This document shows positions 41,790 to 42,106 of a stretch of 42,106 bases of DNA, piece by piece. The stretch comes from an uncultured Archaeoglobaceae archaeon (lineage in GTDB: Archaea; Halobacteriota; Archaeoglobi; Archaeoglobales; Archaeoglobaceae), in NCBI GenBank assembly GCA_938048785.1, contig CALIUJ010000109.1, positions 1 through 42,106 of the forward strand, given 5' to 3'. The position numbers and the translations under genes are program-made. Within the stretch, counting starts at the first letter, position 1; each line of letters begins with the position of its first letter. Below the pieces are notes generated by a model that searched no databases, had not been told where the DNA came from, and saw only the letters and a program-made list of their open reading frames with translations.

Positions 41790-42106
41790 GTGTTGATAGC
41801 CCTTTCTGTGTATGGTGAAGACAAATTGGGAATCGTTCACGCAGTAGCCAAAGCGCTTGCAAGTTGCAATGCGAACATCGTGGATATAGAGCAAACAGTT
41901 CTCCACGGGATATTTGCGATGTTCATAGTTGCTGAGGCAGAGGAATTGGAATGCGTTGAGAAAAATCTCAAGGAGGTTGCGGAAAATCTGAATCTGAAGA
42001 TCAGCTTAAATCCATTCGAGAGGAAGGAAGGGAAGAAAAAGAATTTGTTCGTTGTGAACGTGCTTGGTAAAGACAGAGTTGGGATCGTTCGCGATATAAC
42101 TGCGGT
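41790..42106 (+). CDS. ACT-domain protein, 5' part only (probably phosphoserine phosphatase SerB or GcvR-like)
   Basis: GTG start; two ACT motifs VYGEDKLGIV and VLGKDRVGIV; runs off the window end. Confidence 0.75.
   Translation, partial: MLIALSVYGEDKLGIVHAVAKALASCNANIVDIEQTVLHGIFAMFIVAEAEELECVEKNLKEVAENLNLKISLNPFERKEGKKKNLFVVNVLGKDRVGIVRDITA

Noticed and set aside
41596..41862. 88-aa minus-strand ORF as listed in the track
   Set aside because: Its N-terminal part overlaps the ACT gene and promoter region; only the part from ATG 41712 belongs to the frameshifted Zn-ribbon gene.

Overview
Core-genome segment of an archaeon, almost certainly order Archaeoglobales (SepCysS, exosome and PAN proteins closely resemble the Archaeoglobus fulgidus orthologues as I recall them; rpl11 is not followed by rpl1). 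Left to right: radical SAM, tfe, the pscS-pop5-psmA-SBDS-rrp4-rrp41-rrp42 cluster, thermonuclease, truD, HD dNTPase-like gene, cutA, divergent mbf1/pan, tRNA-Arg(UCG), TPR gene, ftsZ-secE-spt5-rpl11, GPN GTPase, metal chaperone, hemL-hemC-cobA, an NrpR-family regulator followed by a TAXI-TRAP transporter, glutaryl-CoA dehydrogenase and family III CoA transferase, a KaiC-like gene, FAH and macro-domain genes, a DUF1214/DUF1254 pair, EamA, trpB2, rubrerythrin/SOR, GTPBP1, nikR, taw2/trm5, nmd3, a penicillin acylase family gene, a frameshifted Zn-ribbon gene and a partial ACT-domain gene. No CRISPR, IS or prophage was seen. Top signals: (1) a perfect 14-bp inverted repeat bracketing the pan ORF, predicting 5'UTR-3'UTR pairing that closes the mRNA into a loop; (2) a putative glutarate-utilisation regulon with a shared 18-bp operator-like motif at identical spacing from two promoters next to an NrpR-family gene. 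All calls come from motif recognition; no searches were run.
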